This document shows, one piece after another, positions 20,061 to 30,053 of a stretch of 64,000 bases of DNA. The stretch lies in the IMG/VR virus record IMGVR_UViG_3300031772_000003, positions 99,717 through 163,716 of that record; one strand, written 5' to 3'. A program made the position numbers and the translations under genes. This stretch comes from a virus. The notes beneath the pieces are model-generated. The model had not been told where the DNA came from and ran no database searches. It worked only from the letters and a program-made list of their open reading frames with translations. The first letter of the stretch is position 1. Each line of letters opens with the position of its first letter.

Positions 20061-22354
20061 CGGGGTCTCCTCTCCAGACGCTCCATGAGAACGCCCTCAC
20101 GCCACCGCTGGGAGGATTCCAGGATGAGACGAACCGCCGCAGCGGGGTTACGGAGGACCGTGCTGTTGAGGTAATTTCGAGCCCGAGCCAAGCGCTCAGG
20201 AGTCAAGTTCCAGAGACGTTGGGCTTTGGCATCCCACTCACAGGACCCGGGCGCGTCGTCCTCAAGTCCCGCGGGGCCAAGTCGCATTATGTTCTCCGGC
20301 ACAGCCACGGGACCAATACGGTCGATGCCGACCCACTGGGCCTCACCGGTCTCAAGCTCCACGAGGCACTTCAGCCTACGGGCGTCCACAACGACGCCTT
20401 CGAGAGGGCTGCCGTCCTCCATGATGACGAGGACGGGCATGCGGGGGGTGAGACCCTCGCGCGGTAAATCATCCACGAAATGCTCGGCGTCGCCCTTCGA
20501 GACGCCCTGCCCACCCTGGCCCCCCTCCAAGGGGTCACAGGGGGCCGCGAGGTCGTGGCCGGGGGCCTTGATGTCGAGCACCTGAAGCACGGTCTGGATC
20601 GCCCCGGGGGCGTAGTGAATCGTGACCGTGGGCCTGCCAGGATCATTGTCGCACCTGATTCCGTGGCCCTCAAGCTCCGCGATCAGGGCGGCACGGGCCG
20701 CCAGAGGGACGGTAACGGCATGTGACTTGCTGCCTCCCTCGGGATCGTTAGTAGCAGGCACGGGCTTGGGAGGAGGAACGGACATCGGGTCCACGGCCTC
20801 CTTAACAGCCTCGCCCCGTGAACCACGCGCCCAATTTCGCTGCCCACACCGCAAGCATGTACGCGGCGTGAACATTCCCTCTCCCTCTGGGTCCCACAAA
20901 AATGCTCGTCTGCACTTCTCACACTGAAGCCGCATGAGCCCACGCGCTTCGGCACCGGGCCATATTGTCCCCCGCTCCCCCTGCGCTACGACCTTTTCAC
21001 TTACCCTCTCCTCAGCCAGCAACTTGTCCACATCCGCGAGCAGGCCCTCTCCGCCCTCCCATCCCATCACGTCCCGTCCCGTAAAGTAGCCTCTGGGATT
21101 CGATGGAATAGGCTCCTCGGGTTCCTCCTCATCATCTTCGTCTTGAAGTTCACCCTCGGGTTCCTCACCCCCCACACCCGGCGGCTCGGCAACGCTCAGG
21201 TACTCATCGGGCAGGCTCGTGATGTCCTCCAAGTGGCCCCACCAATCCTCCGGGAGCGTCGAGGGCCTGCCGTCCCAGTCATCTGGAGCCTCTACCACAC
21301 CAGCAGCGACAGCCAGCGCCGCTTGGTCCCAGACAGAATCGACATAGAGCGTCGATCCATCCTCAAAGTAGACCTCAATGGCCCCACCCGTCCCCGGTAG
21401 GGTCCAGACCTCGCAGGGGACGTGGCCGGGAGGCAGATCACTGGCCTCCTCCTCGTCCCTGCCTACAGTGAGAGACGCGAAATGGGGGTCACCCGCGGCG
21501 ACCTCGGCCAAATAGCGGTCCACCTCCTCCTCAACAGGAATCTCGCCCTTCAACTCCACATCCTTGCCACCACGCTTGGGCCAGCCACCCTTCCCCTTGG
21601 GCTTCTTACCCTTCTTGCCCTTGCCACGGAGCCACGGCGGCAGGCCCTTGCCTCTTTTCTTCGGGGTGGGCTCCTCCTCATCATCCTCACCGCGGTCCAT
21701 GGGACCCTTGCCCTTGAGCAGCTTGGCAATCGCGTCGGAGTCCTTGCCCTTGGGCTTATCCTTGGGGCGAACGTCTTTACCCCCTGGCTTCGGCTTCAGC
21801 GGAGGTTTACCCCCCATACCACCAGACCCCTGCAACTTGTCTTTGGGCAGTTCCGTCCCATCCTCTTCGTCCTCTGGCTCCTCCTTGCCCTTGGCCCACT
21901 TAGTCTTGAGAGCGGCGGGCATGGGCGGGCCGGGCCGTTTCTTACGACGTTCCTCGATGGACTCTATGATGGGAGCCGCTGCAAGTTGGTCCTCCACGGT
22001 CGTATCCTCAATAGACGAAGCAGGGTCAGCAGGGGGCTCGTCCCCCCGCAGATCAATCTCCGTGAGAGCATCGGCAGGGTCCGCATCCCCATCCACGGCG
22101 GCGGGAGGGGACGGAGCAAATGCCTCCACGATCTTGGGAAAGGGACGGGGCGCGGGAACAGGAGCAGGAATCCCGCCCAGCATCCCAAGCGTGCCTTCAT
22201 CCAGGCCAAGTTCCCCAACGGGAGCAACGGACTCCACGATGGATTCACCGCCACTTGGGCCCATCATCTCCAAGAGGCCCGCCTGGTCATCGGGAGCAGG
22301 CTCGGGCGGGGTCGGTCCTGGCATAGGGGGGAGGGGTGGCATATCAACCATCAA
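20057..22354 (-). CDS. Low-complexity acidic/Pro/Lys-rich protein with Zn ribbon; putative head-core protein
   Basis: Acidic and K/G-rich tracts; CEKC..CLRC; YLAE and LLAE motifs. Confidence 0.55.
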   Translation of the reverse strand: MMVDMPPLPPMPGPTPPEPAPDDQAGLLEMMGPSGGESIVESVAPVGELGLDEGTLGMLGGIPAPVPAPRPFPKIVEAFAPSPPAAVDGDADPADALTEIDLRGDEPPADPASSIEDTTVEDQLAAAPIIESIEERRKKRPGPPMPAALKTKWAKGKEEPEDEEDGTELPKDKLQGSGGMGGKPPLKPKPGGKDVRPKDKPKGKDSDAIAKLLKGKGPMDRGEDDEEEPTPKKRGKGLPPWLRGKGKKGKKPKGKGGWPKRGGKDVELKGEIPVEEEVDRYLAEVAAGDPHFASLTVGRDEEEASDLPPGHVPCEVWTLPGTGGAIEVYFEDGSTLYVDSVWDQAALAVAAGVVEAPDDWDGRPSTLPEDWWGHLEDITSLPDEYLSVAEPPGVGGEEPEGELQDEDDEEEPEEPIPSNPRGYFTGRDVMGWEGGEGLLADVDKLLAEERVSEKVVAQGERGTIWPGAEARGLMRLQCEKCRRAFLWDPEGEGMFTPRTCLRCGQRNWARGSRGEAVKEAVDPMSVPPPKPVPATNDPEGGSKSHAVTVPLAARAALIAELEGHGIRCDNDPGRPTVTIHYAPGAIQTVLQVLDIKAPGHDLAAPCDPLEGGQGGQGVSKGDAEHFVDDLPREGLTPRMPVLVIMEDGSPLEGVVVDARRLKCLVELETGEAQWVGIDRIGPVAVPENIMRLGPAGLEDDAPGSCEWDAKAQRLWNLTPERLARARNYLNSTVLRNPAAAVRLILESSQRWREGVLMERLERRPR

Positions 22355-22435
22355 ATAAACTCCTGCACGTATTGGCAGAGCACGACGACAGCTACAAGGT
22401 ATTCTACGGGGCAGGGGCAGGCCGCGTTTCCCCTA

Positions 22436-23707
22436 CTACGGCTCGGGAGCGGCGACAAGGGATGCCCACCGGATGATGTAGTCAGCGATGCCGTTGAGGA
22501 TGCTCACCGTCCCATCGTTCCTAATGAAGTGATAGACCCCCTCCGCCAGCACCCCCATGGAGACCCTGGGGAGGTTGCAGTGGGCACGGAAGCTCGGGGG
22601 CAGATCGACCTCGACCAGGCATAGCTCATCCAGAGGGAGTTGCAGGCTATAGCGGCGGACCCCCATCGCTATCCCCGGGCCCCCCTTGCGCCGGTTGGGG
22701 AGCAATACGTAGGTGGGTTCCTCCTCCAAGTCCCCCTCCACCAAAGCGGGCAGCGTAGCCCCAAAGCGCACATCTATCGGGGCGACACCCGCCGTGATTG
22801 CGAAGCCGCGCCGCTTGGTCTTCGAGCGCGAGGGGATCATGCCGCCCACGACTTGGCTGGGGTCCATGAATACATGAAACCGCTTCCAATCCGGCTTTTC
22901 GATAGGCTCACCACTACCCGTCGCGTACACCATCCCGGACCCCTCACCATCGGTCCAGGTGAAGCTCTTTTGGAAATACTGCGCCGCGATCTCCAGGGCG
23001 TCCGCAAACCCGATCCCGATCACGGTGAACCCCGGCTGCTCGTAGACTTTCGGGGGCGTTGCGTCTGTGTCCGTGTAGGTGCCGCGGGTAGGAACGAAGC
23101 TGAAGCCCCTGTTCCACAGCACCCAGGCTAACTGGGCGTTCCGGGGATCATTCTGGGCATTGGTATCCTCATCAATATAGGCAGTGAGCACCGCCATCGG
23201 GGTGTGCTTGAAGTGCTGGAGGAATCGGTACAGGCTCGCCTCAAAAACAGAGGCTTTCCCCATTATGCGGCCCACAGCCCGTTCGACTAACGGGTCCACA
23301 GCACTCTCCTTCGATTCCCTCGTGGATTCATTCATTGCGTCCCGATTCTTCCACCTCGTGTTGAGGTCCAGGACCGCCGCTGCTGTCACCGCATCGATGC
23401 GGCGGGTATCCGTGGGCCATGTCTTGGGTGTATAACGAACCGTGGCCCCACCAATCAACGAGGTGACATCGGCCCTGCCACCCTGCGTCATCTTACCGGC
23501 CCGGCCCAATTCGCTGCGTGGTGGCGGGAAGTAGAGATAGTCACCGACCCGGACATCCGCAAGTGCGACACGGGGCAGGGCCTGTAGGGCCGCCCGCATC
23601 TGCTTCGCCTCAGCCCGGAGATCGAGGTGTTGGGTCTCGGAGCGCAGACGCTCGACATTGAGCCCATGCCCCTCTGGAGGATGCAGCGACGGTCTCCACG
23701 TCTTCAC
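22436..23707 (-). CDS. Multi-domain protein with DUF3293-like central domain
   Basis: LTAY..N..RN..L..G..E.PGF.V..A.EIA..YFQ pattern. Confidence 0.5.
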   Translation of the reverse strand: MKTWRPSLHPPEGHGLNVERLRSETQHLDLRAEAKQMRAALQALPRVALADVRVGDYLYFPPPRSELGRAGKMTQGGRADVTSLIGGATVRYTPKTWPTDTRRIDAVTAAAVLDLNTRWKNRDAMNESTRESKESAVDPLVERAVGRIMGKASVFEASLYRFLQHFKHTPMAVLTAYIDEDTNAQNDPRNAQLAWVLWNRGFSFVPTRGTYTDTDATPPKVYEQPGFTVIGIGFADALEIAAQYFQKSFTWTDGEGSGMVYATGSGEPIEKPDWKRFHVFMDPSQVVGGMIPSRSKTKRRGFAITAGVAPIDVRFGATLPALVEGDLEEEPTYVLLPNRRKGGPGIAMGVRRYSLQLPLDELCLVEVDLPPSFRAHCNLPRVSMGVLAEGVYHFIRNDGTVSILNGIADYIIRWASLVAAPEP

Positions 23708-24396
23708 TCAACGCCCCCCTCCAGATCAACGTGCTTGTCACAGACCTCCTCCCCGCCGTCGAGGCACATCCAGCCCGATTCCAACTCGTCCCCACAAATC
23801 GAACACTCCCCAGGCTCCTGCTCCGCAAAAGCGTCAACCTCGAACTGTACCCATTTGTTGCCATCATCATCGGTGCCGCTCTTGCGGGCCATGCCTTCGA
23901 TGTCATGGAGGATGATCTTCTCATCCCCATCCTCGTCAGGTTGGGCTAAGGCCCGCTCTGTTTCGTCAACATCGTCAGCCACTTGGGCCGCGAGACCATC
24001 CTCCTCCGCGGTGTTGGTGGCGCACTCGTCACAGATCCCGTCGTTGTTCTCAAGCTCGTCCGCATCGATCTCGCCGTGGCACCGCCGGCAGTGGTCGAGG
24101 TCATGGAGGACGGCTTGGTTGTAGTCGACATGCCCCTCCTCATCCCCGATGTCACCGGGGAGGGGAAGATCGAGGGGGCCGAGATCATCATCACCGGGGT
24201 CCACGTCCTCAACCCGTGGCCGCCGCCTCTTAAGGGAGAAGTCGGTGGCGCAGTGGCGGCATCGGCAGTGGACGAGGTTGCCCAGGGTGCCCATGACACA
24301 CTCCGCCGCCCTCTGCTCGGAGCCGCAGGCGGGGCAGGTCATCACCCACTCATCCTCAACGGCCCCGATACTGCGACGAACATCTGCTTCACTCAT
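23704..24396 (-). CDS. Acidic Zn-ribbon protein
   Basis: Multiple CxxC pairs; start chosen at MSEADV after GGAG. Confidence 0.55.
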   Translation of the reverse strand: MSEADVRRSIGAVEDEWVMTCPACGSEQRAAECVMGTLGNLVHCRCRHCATDFSLKRRRPRVEDVDPGDDDLGPLDLPLPGDIGDEEGHVDYNQAVLHDLDHCRRCHGEIDADELENNDGICDECATNTAEEDGLAAQVADDVDETERALAQPDEDGDEKIILHDIEGMARKSGTDDDGNKWVQFEVDAFAEQEPGECSICGDELESGWMCLDGGEEVCDKHVDLEGGVE

Positions 24397-24709
24397 TGGA
24401 TTTCTCCACGACAGTTGCGGCTCGCTTGAGGAGCGCCAGTGCCCTGCCCTGATTCCGGCCCAAGAGGCACAGGAACTCAGCGTAAAGCTCCACGTCAATG
24501 CCAAAGTAAGTATACGCTCGGGCCCCAATCCGCACCACGGCCTCTTGGGCATCGGCCCTGTAGCGGATCGGAGTGAGCCATCGCTGCCGAGGCGGGACTC
24601 GGACCCGCGCCGCGGACGATTCCGCGGTTCCACCCCCGGCTGCCTCTCGGCAGGTGGAGGATTCGGCAACTAGCCCCACTTTAGATGGGGCGGGATGCAT
24701 CTCACACAC
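24389..24709 (-). CDS. Hypothetical protein
   Basis: ORF downstream of motif copy 4; start uncertain. Confidence 0.3.
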   Translation of the reverse strand: MCEMHPAPSKVGLVAESSTCREAAGGGTAESSAARVRVPPRQRWLTPIRYRADAQEAVVRIGARAYTYFGIDVELYAEFLCLLGRNQGRALALLKRAATVVEKSNE

Positions 24710-24751
24710 CCCCTTTCCTTAGACCACTCAGAATGATGTGCTATATCCTTC

Positions 24752-24769
24752 CACCCCTAGAATCAAGTG
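24752..24769 (-). promoter_or_regulatory. Conserved 18-nt motif copy 4
   Basis: Exact intergenic copy. Confidence 0.65.
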
Positions 24770-24792
24770 AGGTAGGGCCAAGTAGTGGAAGT

Positions 24793-25512
24793 TTAACAGC
24801 ATGGCATCCAACGGGCCCTGCGCCGACGCGCGATGCCACGAGCCACGAAGGCCAACTCGTCGCAAATCGTCACGAGCCTAGTGGTCCTGTCGAGGCCGTT
24901 AGGCGTTGTGGCCCTATCCGCCTCCTCGCAAGGGTCCCACAAGGCGCAGCGCCTGATAAAAAAGCTCGTAGACTGGCTACACATGAAGCGGCGGTACGTT
25001 CGCTCCAACTGCTCGTCGGTCATCGCATCAATATCGGCGGGGTCAATCGTAGGAGCACCGAAGATGGCATATTCAGCATTGGCCAGCAGGTAACGGTAGG
25101 AATAACCCCACAAGCCGCAGACCCTGGCAGCGAGGTCGCCCAAACGGTCCCGCCAGCCCTCGGGGAGATGCACTGGCTCGCCCGCATAGACATCGGGGAT
25201 ACGGCGGACCCTGATCTTGTAGCCAGCGGCCACCCACTCCTCCAGAGGGGAGGCCCACAGCCCATCCGCGTCGGCGCTGGCACACCATATCCGCTCCGGG
25301 TCCGGTGCCTCGTTCAGGATCGGCTCGTGCTCGCGCCTCACCACGAGCCAGCCCGCATCGTATGCCTCGCGGATGTGCCGCTCCTCCACAGCAGTCATCG
25401 CGTGGGACCTGTCGCCTCCGGTGAAAAATGTGATGATGTCCCCCAGGATGCCGCTGCGGCGTACTCCCAGAGCATCGCCTGTCAGGATAGTGGTGTTGAA
25501 TGGGCTAGGCAC
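24793..25512 (-). CDS. Permuted papain-like (NlpC/P60, YaeF/YiiX-type) amidase
   Basis: N-terminal GD...SHA (His) preceding C-terminal FMCSQ (Cys). Confidence 0.65.
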   Translation of the reverse strand: MPSPFNTTILTGDALGVRRSGILGDIITFFTGGDRSHAMTAVEERHIREAYDAGWLVVRREHEPILNEAPDPERIWCASADADGLWASPLEEWVAAGYKIRVRRIPDVYAGEPVHLPEGWRDRLGDLAARVCGLWGYSYRYLLANAEYAIFGAPTIDPADIDAMTDEQLERTYRRFMCSQSTSFFIRRCALWDPCEEADRATTPNGLDRTTRLVTICDELAFVARGIARRRRARWMPCC

Positions 25513-25513
25513 G

Positions 25514-26389
25514 TCAAATCCCCAGGAGGGTGCGGCAGGTCTGGTCGATCTTGCCTCCCTCGGCCTGTGGCTCCTGGGCATAGTGCGCGGCACGTAGGGC
25601 CACGCGAGCCGCCGCGACGACATCACAAAACCGCTTGCCAAGGCCAAGGGACAGTTGTTCGAGGAAGTAGTGGGTCATTGCCCCACAGGGCCGCCCGTTC
25701 ACCTCCGTATCCGCCGCGGTCTGATCGGACTTACAGCCTGACACGTAGGCTAGTGGGGCAGTGGTCAGATTCGGAGTGGCACCACTGGCGGGCTTCTTGG
25801 GTCCGAACAGGACGTTCCAGAAGTCAGTGAGGATCGAGAGGATGCCCCTCGGTGCGAAGCCGAGCTTGCGGGCAGCGGCAAGGCTCCACGCAATGTCAGG
25901 AGGCACGGGATACGACCTCGGAACAATGATGAGGGGGTTGGCGAGGGGCATATTCCGCATGAGATCACTGCTTGAGCAGGAATCCGACATCACGAATACG
26001 TTGACCCCAGGAGGGACCCGCGAGAAGTAGTCCGCGAACTCCTTGTCCCTGACCGCTGTGCCATCGATGTCATTCCAAGCGAACGGCCTAAGCGCGTACA
26101 CCTCATCCATTCCGTCCAACTCTTGCCTCGGATTACGGGTCACTACCTGTGCCCCATGACCCGACTGCGCGTAGAAGATGCTATCCCCCGGTTCGACATC
26201 CACGAGCCACGCCATACGCTTGGCCCACTCCTCCTTAACTGCTCTATCATCCAGCAGGAGACGGAGATCAGCCTCCCTCCATCCCACGGACACGAGAGCA
26301 TGAGCGTCATCGAGCACATCATTGACGCACCCACGAAGTGGGGCCGTCGGGTACGTATTGATCCCACACAAGAAGCCCTTGCGAGCCAT
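25514..26389 (-). CDS. Caspase-like peptidase (C14, metacaspase-like)
   Basis: GINTYP..PLRGCVND, SGHG (His), DSCSS (Cys), SGC..DQT.AD, GAMT. Confidence 0.9.
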   Translation of the reverse strand: MARKGFLCGINTYPTAPLRGCVNDVLDDAHALVSVGWREADLRLLLDDRAVKEEWAKRMAWLVDVEPGDSIFYAQSGHGAQVVTRNPRQELDGMDEVYALRPFAWNDIDGTAVRDKEFADYFSRVPPGVNVFVMSDSCSSSDLMRNMPLANPLIIVPRSYPVPPDIAWSLAAARKLGFAPRGILSILTDFWNVLFGPKKPASGATPNLTTAPLAYVSGCKSDQTAADTEVNGRPCGAMTHYFLEQLSLGLGKRFCDVVAAARVALRAAHYAQEPQAEGGKIDQTCRTLLGI

Positions 26390-26400
26390 CAGGGAAGCCC

Positions 26401-26631
26401 CTACCAGGGGAAACGGCCTATCAACAGCCGCCGCGTTTCCGCGTTCTCAGCAGTGACATGGCTAGCGACGAAGACCCCCTCCAGGATACCGCACAGCCCC
26501 GTAGCGAAGGTGAGCCCCGCTTTGAGGGCGGGGTGGGCATCGAAGTAGAAGGCGAAGCAGGTGCCCGCCAGCCCCAAGGTGGCCACGACGGCGGCCCAGA
26601 AAATCTTCTGCTTGTACCACGGCATCGGCAA
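26401..26631 (-). CDS. Holin-like two-TM protein
   Basis: PWYKQKIFW N-terminus and two hydrophobic helices. Confidence 0.55.
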   Translation of the reverse strand: MPMPWYKQKIFWAAVVATLGLAGTCFAFYFDAHPALKAGLTFATGLCGILEGVFVASHVTAENAETRRLLIGRFPW

Positions 26632-26638
26632 GCTCCTC

Positions 26639-26857
26639 TCATTCTACCTTGCTGTACTCATAGACCCCCCGTATATTCGCCCACATGAAGCGACCGGGTG
26701 AGGGCGCAGCGAGAAAGGCATCATAAACTTCTTGGGGGACGCCTGAGTACCTATAGAGGCTCGCGTTGTGGAAGCGGACCTCCAGAACCTGCTCATCAGG
26801 GTCATAGGCAATGGAGGCCACATTCGAGGACGTTAGCGGAACATGGTCACCCATCAT
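26639..26857 (-). CDS. KTSC domain protein
   Basis: SSNVASIAYD..LEVRF..YRYSGVP..AAPSPGRF..NIR. Confidence 0.9.
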   Translation of the reverse strand: MMGDHVPLTSSNVASIAYDPDEQVLEVRFHNASLYRYSGVPQEVYDAFLAAPSPGRFMWANIRGVYEYSKVE

Positions 26858-27132
26858 GCGCGTATCTCCTCTTCTATTCTACGGCTCTCCCCAAGCCAAG
26901 CATGCGACCAGAATGTGTAGTGCCACTCGGGACACCCCGCACGGCATCTAAATGTGGCCACACATCCATTGTGGCCAGCCAGTTCCCCAGGACACGAGCA
27001 ATCGGGGCAATAGGCAGCGGCCACACAATGAGCCAACCTGGATTCGCACGTGTCCCCCCGCGGTGCCTTCCTGATGAAGACGCCCACGCTCGTATGGGTA
27101 ACAGGTGTAGGCATCTCACCTCGATCCTCCAA
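26854..27132 (-). CDS. Small Cys/His-rich hypothetical protein
   Basis: Overlaps KTSC start; many Cys. Confidence 0.35.
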   Translation of the reverse strand: MEDRGEMPTPVTHTSVGVFIRKAPRGDTCESRLAHCVAAAYCPDCSCPGELAGHNGCVATFRCRAGCPEWHYTFWSHAWLGESRRIEEEIRA

Positions 27133-27361
27133 GGGCAGTGGCAGTGGGTTCGGGAGCCGCCATCATCGGTAGCGGCATGTTCCCGGCCGGTTTTTACGAC
27201 CTCTCCACCCCCACTGCCACGCCGGGGACAACGAGCCAAAGATCATCGGAATTATGCCTTTGGCAAAGCAGACGCTACCTATAGGGGCTTGACAAGCAAG
27301 CCACGAACCCTGTACCCTGTCGCCGGTTGGTATCACCCCGCCCCTCTTGAGGAGAGCGTAC

Positions 27362-27634
27362 ATGCTGCCTGAGATGGTTCCTGGTTGGGTTTTGTACGTC
27401 ATCCTTCCTGTCCTCGCCGTGTGTGTTGGCTACACCCTGCTCTCACATCAGGCGGTCGCGGAAAGCAAGGTAAGCCAAACGGCACTTGAGAAGGAAAATA
27501 CGAGCCTTCAGGCAAAGGTTCGTGAGCTTGAGTCGGTAGTAGCGAAGTACGGGGTCATAATGGACAAGTTTGACACAATTGGGTGTATCCATGATCCCGT
27601 CACCGGCAACGTCAGGTACATCTCCAGAAGGTAA
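27362..27634 (+). CDS. Membrane-anchored coiled-coil protein (only plausible plus-strand gene)
   Basis: GAGGAG RBS; N-terminal TM; heptad segment; lower GC. Confidence 0.5.
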   Translation: MLPEMVPGWVLYVILPVLAVCVGYTLLSHQAVAESKVSQTALEKENTSLQAKVRELESVVAKYGVIMDKFDTIGCIHDPVTGNVRYISRR

Positions 27635-28032
27635 ACGCCAGACCCGCATCATCCTCCTATGTAGGATGTAGCTGTACACAAGCATCACAGGGGTAGCAGA
27701 GAACAAGACTGCGACGACCCAAAGCTGACAGTCTGTCGCGTCTGCCCCAAGCCAGTCCATTGTAAGCAATCGCCACATCGCTCGACCTCCTTAGCTACTA
27801 CCTGTAGGGGTTGCTTTGTCAAAGGCGTAATTCCGAAGATCATTCGTCGTGGTGTGCTGTTACGCCAAAAGACTCAGGTAAATCCCGCCCTTACTCGCCA
27901 CTGTGTCGCGGCCGGTACGGGTCACGAGGACGTATCGCTTTCGGCGTCCCCCGAGTCTACTCCTTAGCCGATGGCTGCTTCTAAGCCTACGGTCCGCGGC
28001 GAATGAGTTGTCAAGGAGCCAATCCATCCTCC

Positions 28033-28050
28033 CACACCTAGAATCAAGTC
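28033..28050 (-). promoter_or_regulatory. Conserved 18-nt motif copy 5 (2 mismatches)
   Basis: GACTTGATTCTAGGTGTG followed by GGAGGATG. Confidence 0.55.
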
Positions 28051-28060
28051 GTCTCACCAC

Positions 28061-28339
28061 CTATACTCCTGCGGCGCTCCAAGGCAGGCCCATCAAGCGG
28101 CGGGCCCACGCCACGGGGACAAGGCTCTCCCCCGATCCATGCTTGATGTGCAGCCACTTGATCCGAGCCCGCTCCGCCCCACACCACTCGCACCTCTCGA
28201 TCAAGAGGACAGCCGTGGCTCCCTCCGGGACCACGGCCCCTCCCGTCAGAGGCAGCGGGGTTGGTTCCATTAGTTCAACCCTGGCACGGTGGCGAAGCTG
28301 ATAGTGGTGGAACCCGAAGATGCACCGGAGCGGCCTCAC
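28061..28339 (-). CDS. Small Zn-binding protein (DUF1660-like)
   Basis: RCIFGFHHY ... CEWCG. Confidence 0.45.
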   Translation of the reverse strand: MRPLRCIFGFHHYQLRHRARVELMEPTPLPLTGGAVVPEGATAVLLIERCEWCGAERARIKWLHIKHGSGESLVPVAWARRLMGLPWSAAGV

Positions 28340-28593
28340 CTTTTATCCCCCACACCAAGTTGCCACAGCGCCCACGCCGCTGAGACCGTGACCTTGCGGG
28401 TCCACTTGCCGTCCCGCCACGACGCCACGGCCCTCACGGCGGCGCAATGGGGGCAATGCTCGACCCTCACATCAATGTCGGTCCACGAGGGGAGAGCCGC
28501 ACGAGCCCCCGGTGGGTACATGTCGGCCCCTTTGATGGTCCCGACCACCCCAGGGGTCCAATCATGTAGGTGAAGTAGGCACCTAAACCTCAT
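28336..28593 (-). CDS. Small Zn-binding protein, paralog of 28061..28339
   Basis: RCLLHLHDW ... CPHC. Confidence 0.45.
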   Translation of the reverse strand: MRFRCLLHLHDWTPGVVGTIKGADMYPPGARAALPSWTDIDVRVEHCPHCAAVRAVASWRDGKWTRKVTVSAAWALWQLGVGDKR

Positions 28594-29071
28594 GGGCATC
28601 CTCGTGGGGCACGGATTCGATTGGAGGTTCGAGCACATCCACAACACGTTCCAGCGCCGCCAACTCGGACTGGAGTTTCCTGGTCCGTTGGGCCAAGTCG
28701 GCCCTGCGAAGAACATCGTGGGCTCGCCACGGCAACGGCCTGCCCGTCACTCCAAGGGCACCGGGCCGGCAGTCAAGCGGGCGATTCCACCGCTGCTGCT
28801 CCAAGCCATCGATCTGAGCCAGGAGTTGAACATCCCGTTCCACAGCATCCATCGAGCATCTCCTCAGAATCCGCAGAGGCCCCTGATGATACTGCGGGCT
28901 AACCCTATGCCCACACCCCAAAGGACTGCCGCCCCAGAGGGTATCGCGGGCACCTGAACATCATCCCCAGGATTTCCGGCCTGCTCGCAGGGCTGGGTTC
29001 CCTGAACAAGGGATGCGACCGGCGGGTTCTCTGGGGGCCAAATGCGGACATATCTCCTGTAACTCCTATAA

Positions 29072-29998
29072 CTACGCCCTCTTCCCCTTCCTCCACACCC
29101 CATCCGCCAAGCGGTACTCACGGCAGATAGGGGCGAAGCCCTTGGGTGCAGCCACGAGGCTGCTGAGGTCGAGGAAGCCCCCTACCTGGGGGGCGAAGCC
29201 CTTATGTACAGCCGTGAGGCTGCTGAGGTCGAGGTTGCCCCCTGCTTGGGGGGCGAAGCCCTCGGGTACAGTGGTGAGACTGCTGAGGTTGAGGTCGCCC
29301 CCTACTTTGGGGGCGAAGCCTTCGGGTGCAGCCACGAGGCTGCGGAGGTCGAGGTCGCCCCCTACTTGGGGGGCGAAGCCCTTATGTACAGCCGTGAGGC
29401 TGCTGAGGTCGAGGAAGCCCCCTGCTTTGGGGGCGAAGCCCTCGGGTGCAGCCACGAGGCTGCCGAGGTAGAGGAAGCCCCCTGCTTGGGGGGCGAAGCC
29501 CTCGGGTGCAGCCACGAGGCTGCCGAGGTAGAGGTAGCCCCCTGCTTGGGGGGCGAAGCCCTCGGGTGCAGCCACGAGGCTGCCGAGGTTGAGGTTGCCC
29601 CCTACTTTGGGGGCGAAGCCCTCGGGTACAGTGGTGAGGCTGCTGAGGTAGAGGTCGCCTTTCCATGCGAGGGTCTTGCGGGGCTTCCCCGCACGGGTCA
29701 AGAGGACGCTCTTGACCTCAGCGAGGCATTGCCTCGTCGCGCTCGCGGTGTGGGAGTCCGTCCACCAATCGGGCTCGCGATCACCGAATCGGAACTGGTA
29801 TTTGTCCCATTCGTAGAGTCCCCCGGTGGGGACGAACTCGACGGGGGTGTGGAAGCGGCTCAAGCCGCCTGTACCCCCATCCTCCCCAATCTTGTGAGTG
29901 GCACGGTTGGCGATGTGGGAGTCCTCCTGTTCGGAGAACAGGACCTTGACCTCCGAGTCATCCACCCTCACGGCTTCGCCGGAACGGAATTGGCACAT
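29072..29998 (-). CDS. LRR-like repeat protein, copy A
   Basis: Start MCQF after CAGGAG; ~9 repeats of 20 aa GGxLxLxSL..PxGFAPx. Confidence 0.8.
   Translation of the reverse strand: MCQFRSGEAVRVDDSEVKVLFSEQEDSHIANRATHKIGEDGGTGGLSRFHTPVEFVPTGGLYEWDKYQFRFGDREPDWWTDSHTASATRQCLAEVKSVLLTRAGKPRKTLAWKGDLYLSSLTTVPEGFAPKVGGNLNLGSLVAAPEGFAPQAGGYLYLGSLVAAPEGFAPQAGGFLYLGSLVAAPEGFAPKAGGFLDLSSLTAVHKGFAPQVGGDLDLRSLVAAPEGFAPKVGGDLNLSSLTTVPEGFAPQAGGNLDLSSLTAVHKGFAPQVGGFLDLSSLVAAPKGFAPICREYRLADGVWRKGKRA
29131..29660. repeat. 60-nt tandem repeat array A
   Basis: Consecutive 60-nt lines 29161-29640 align column by column. Confidence 0.95.
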
Positions 29999-30053
29999 CG
30001 TCAAAATCTCCTGTACCACTCCCACTACTTTACAGTCGTTCGGGCCAAATGGC

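Noticed and set aside
29131-29660. CRISPR array interpretation of the 60-nt repeats
   Set aside because: No unique spacers; repeats are contiguous, in frame and coding; no cas genes
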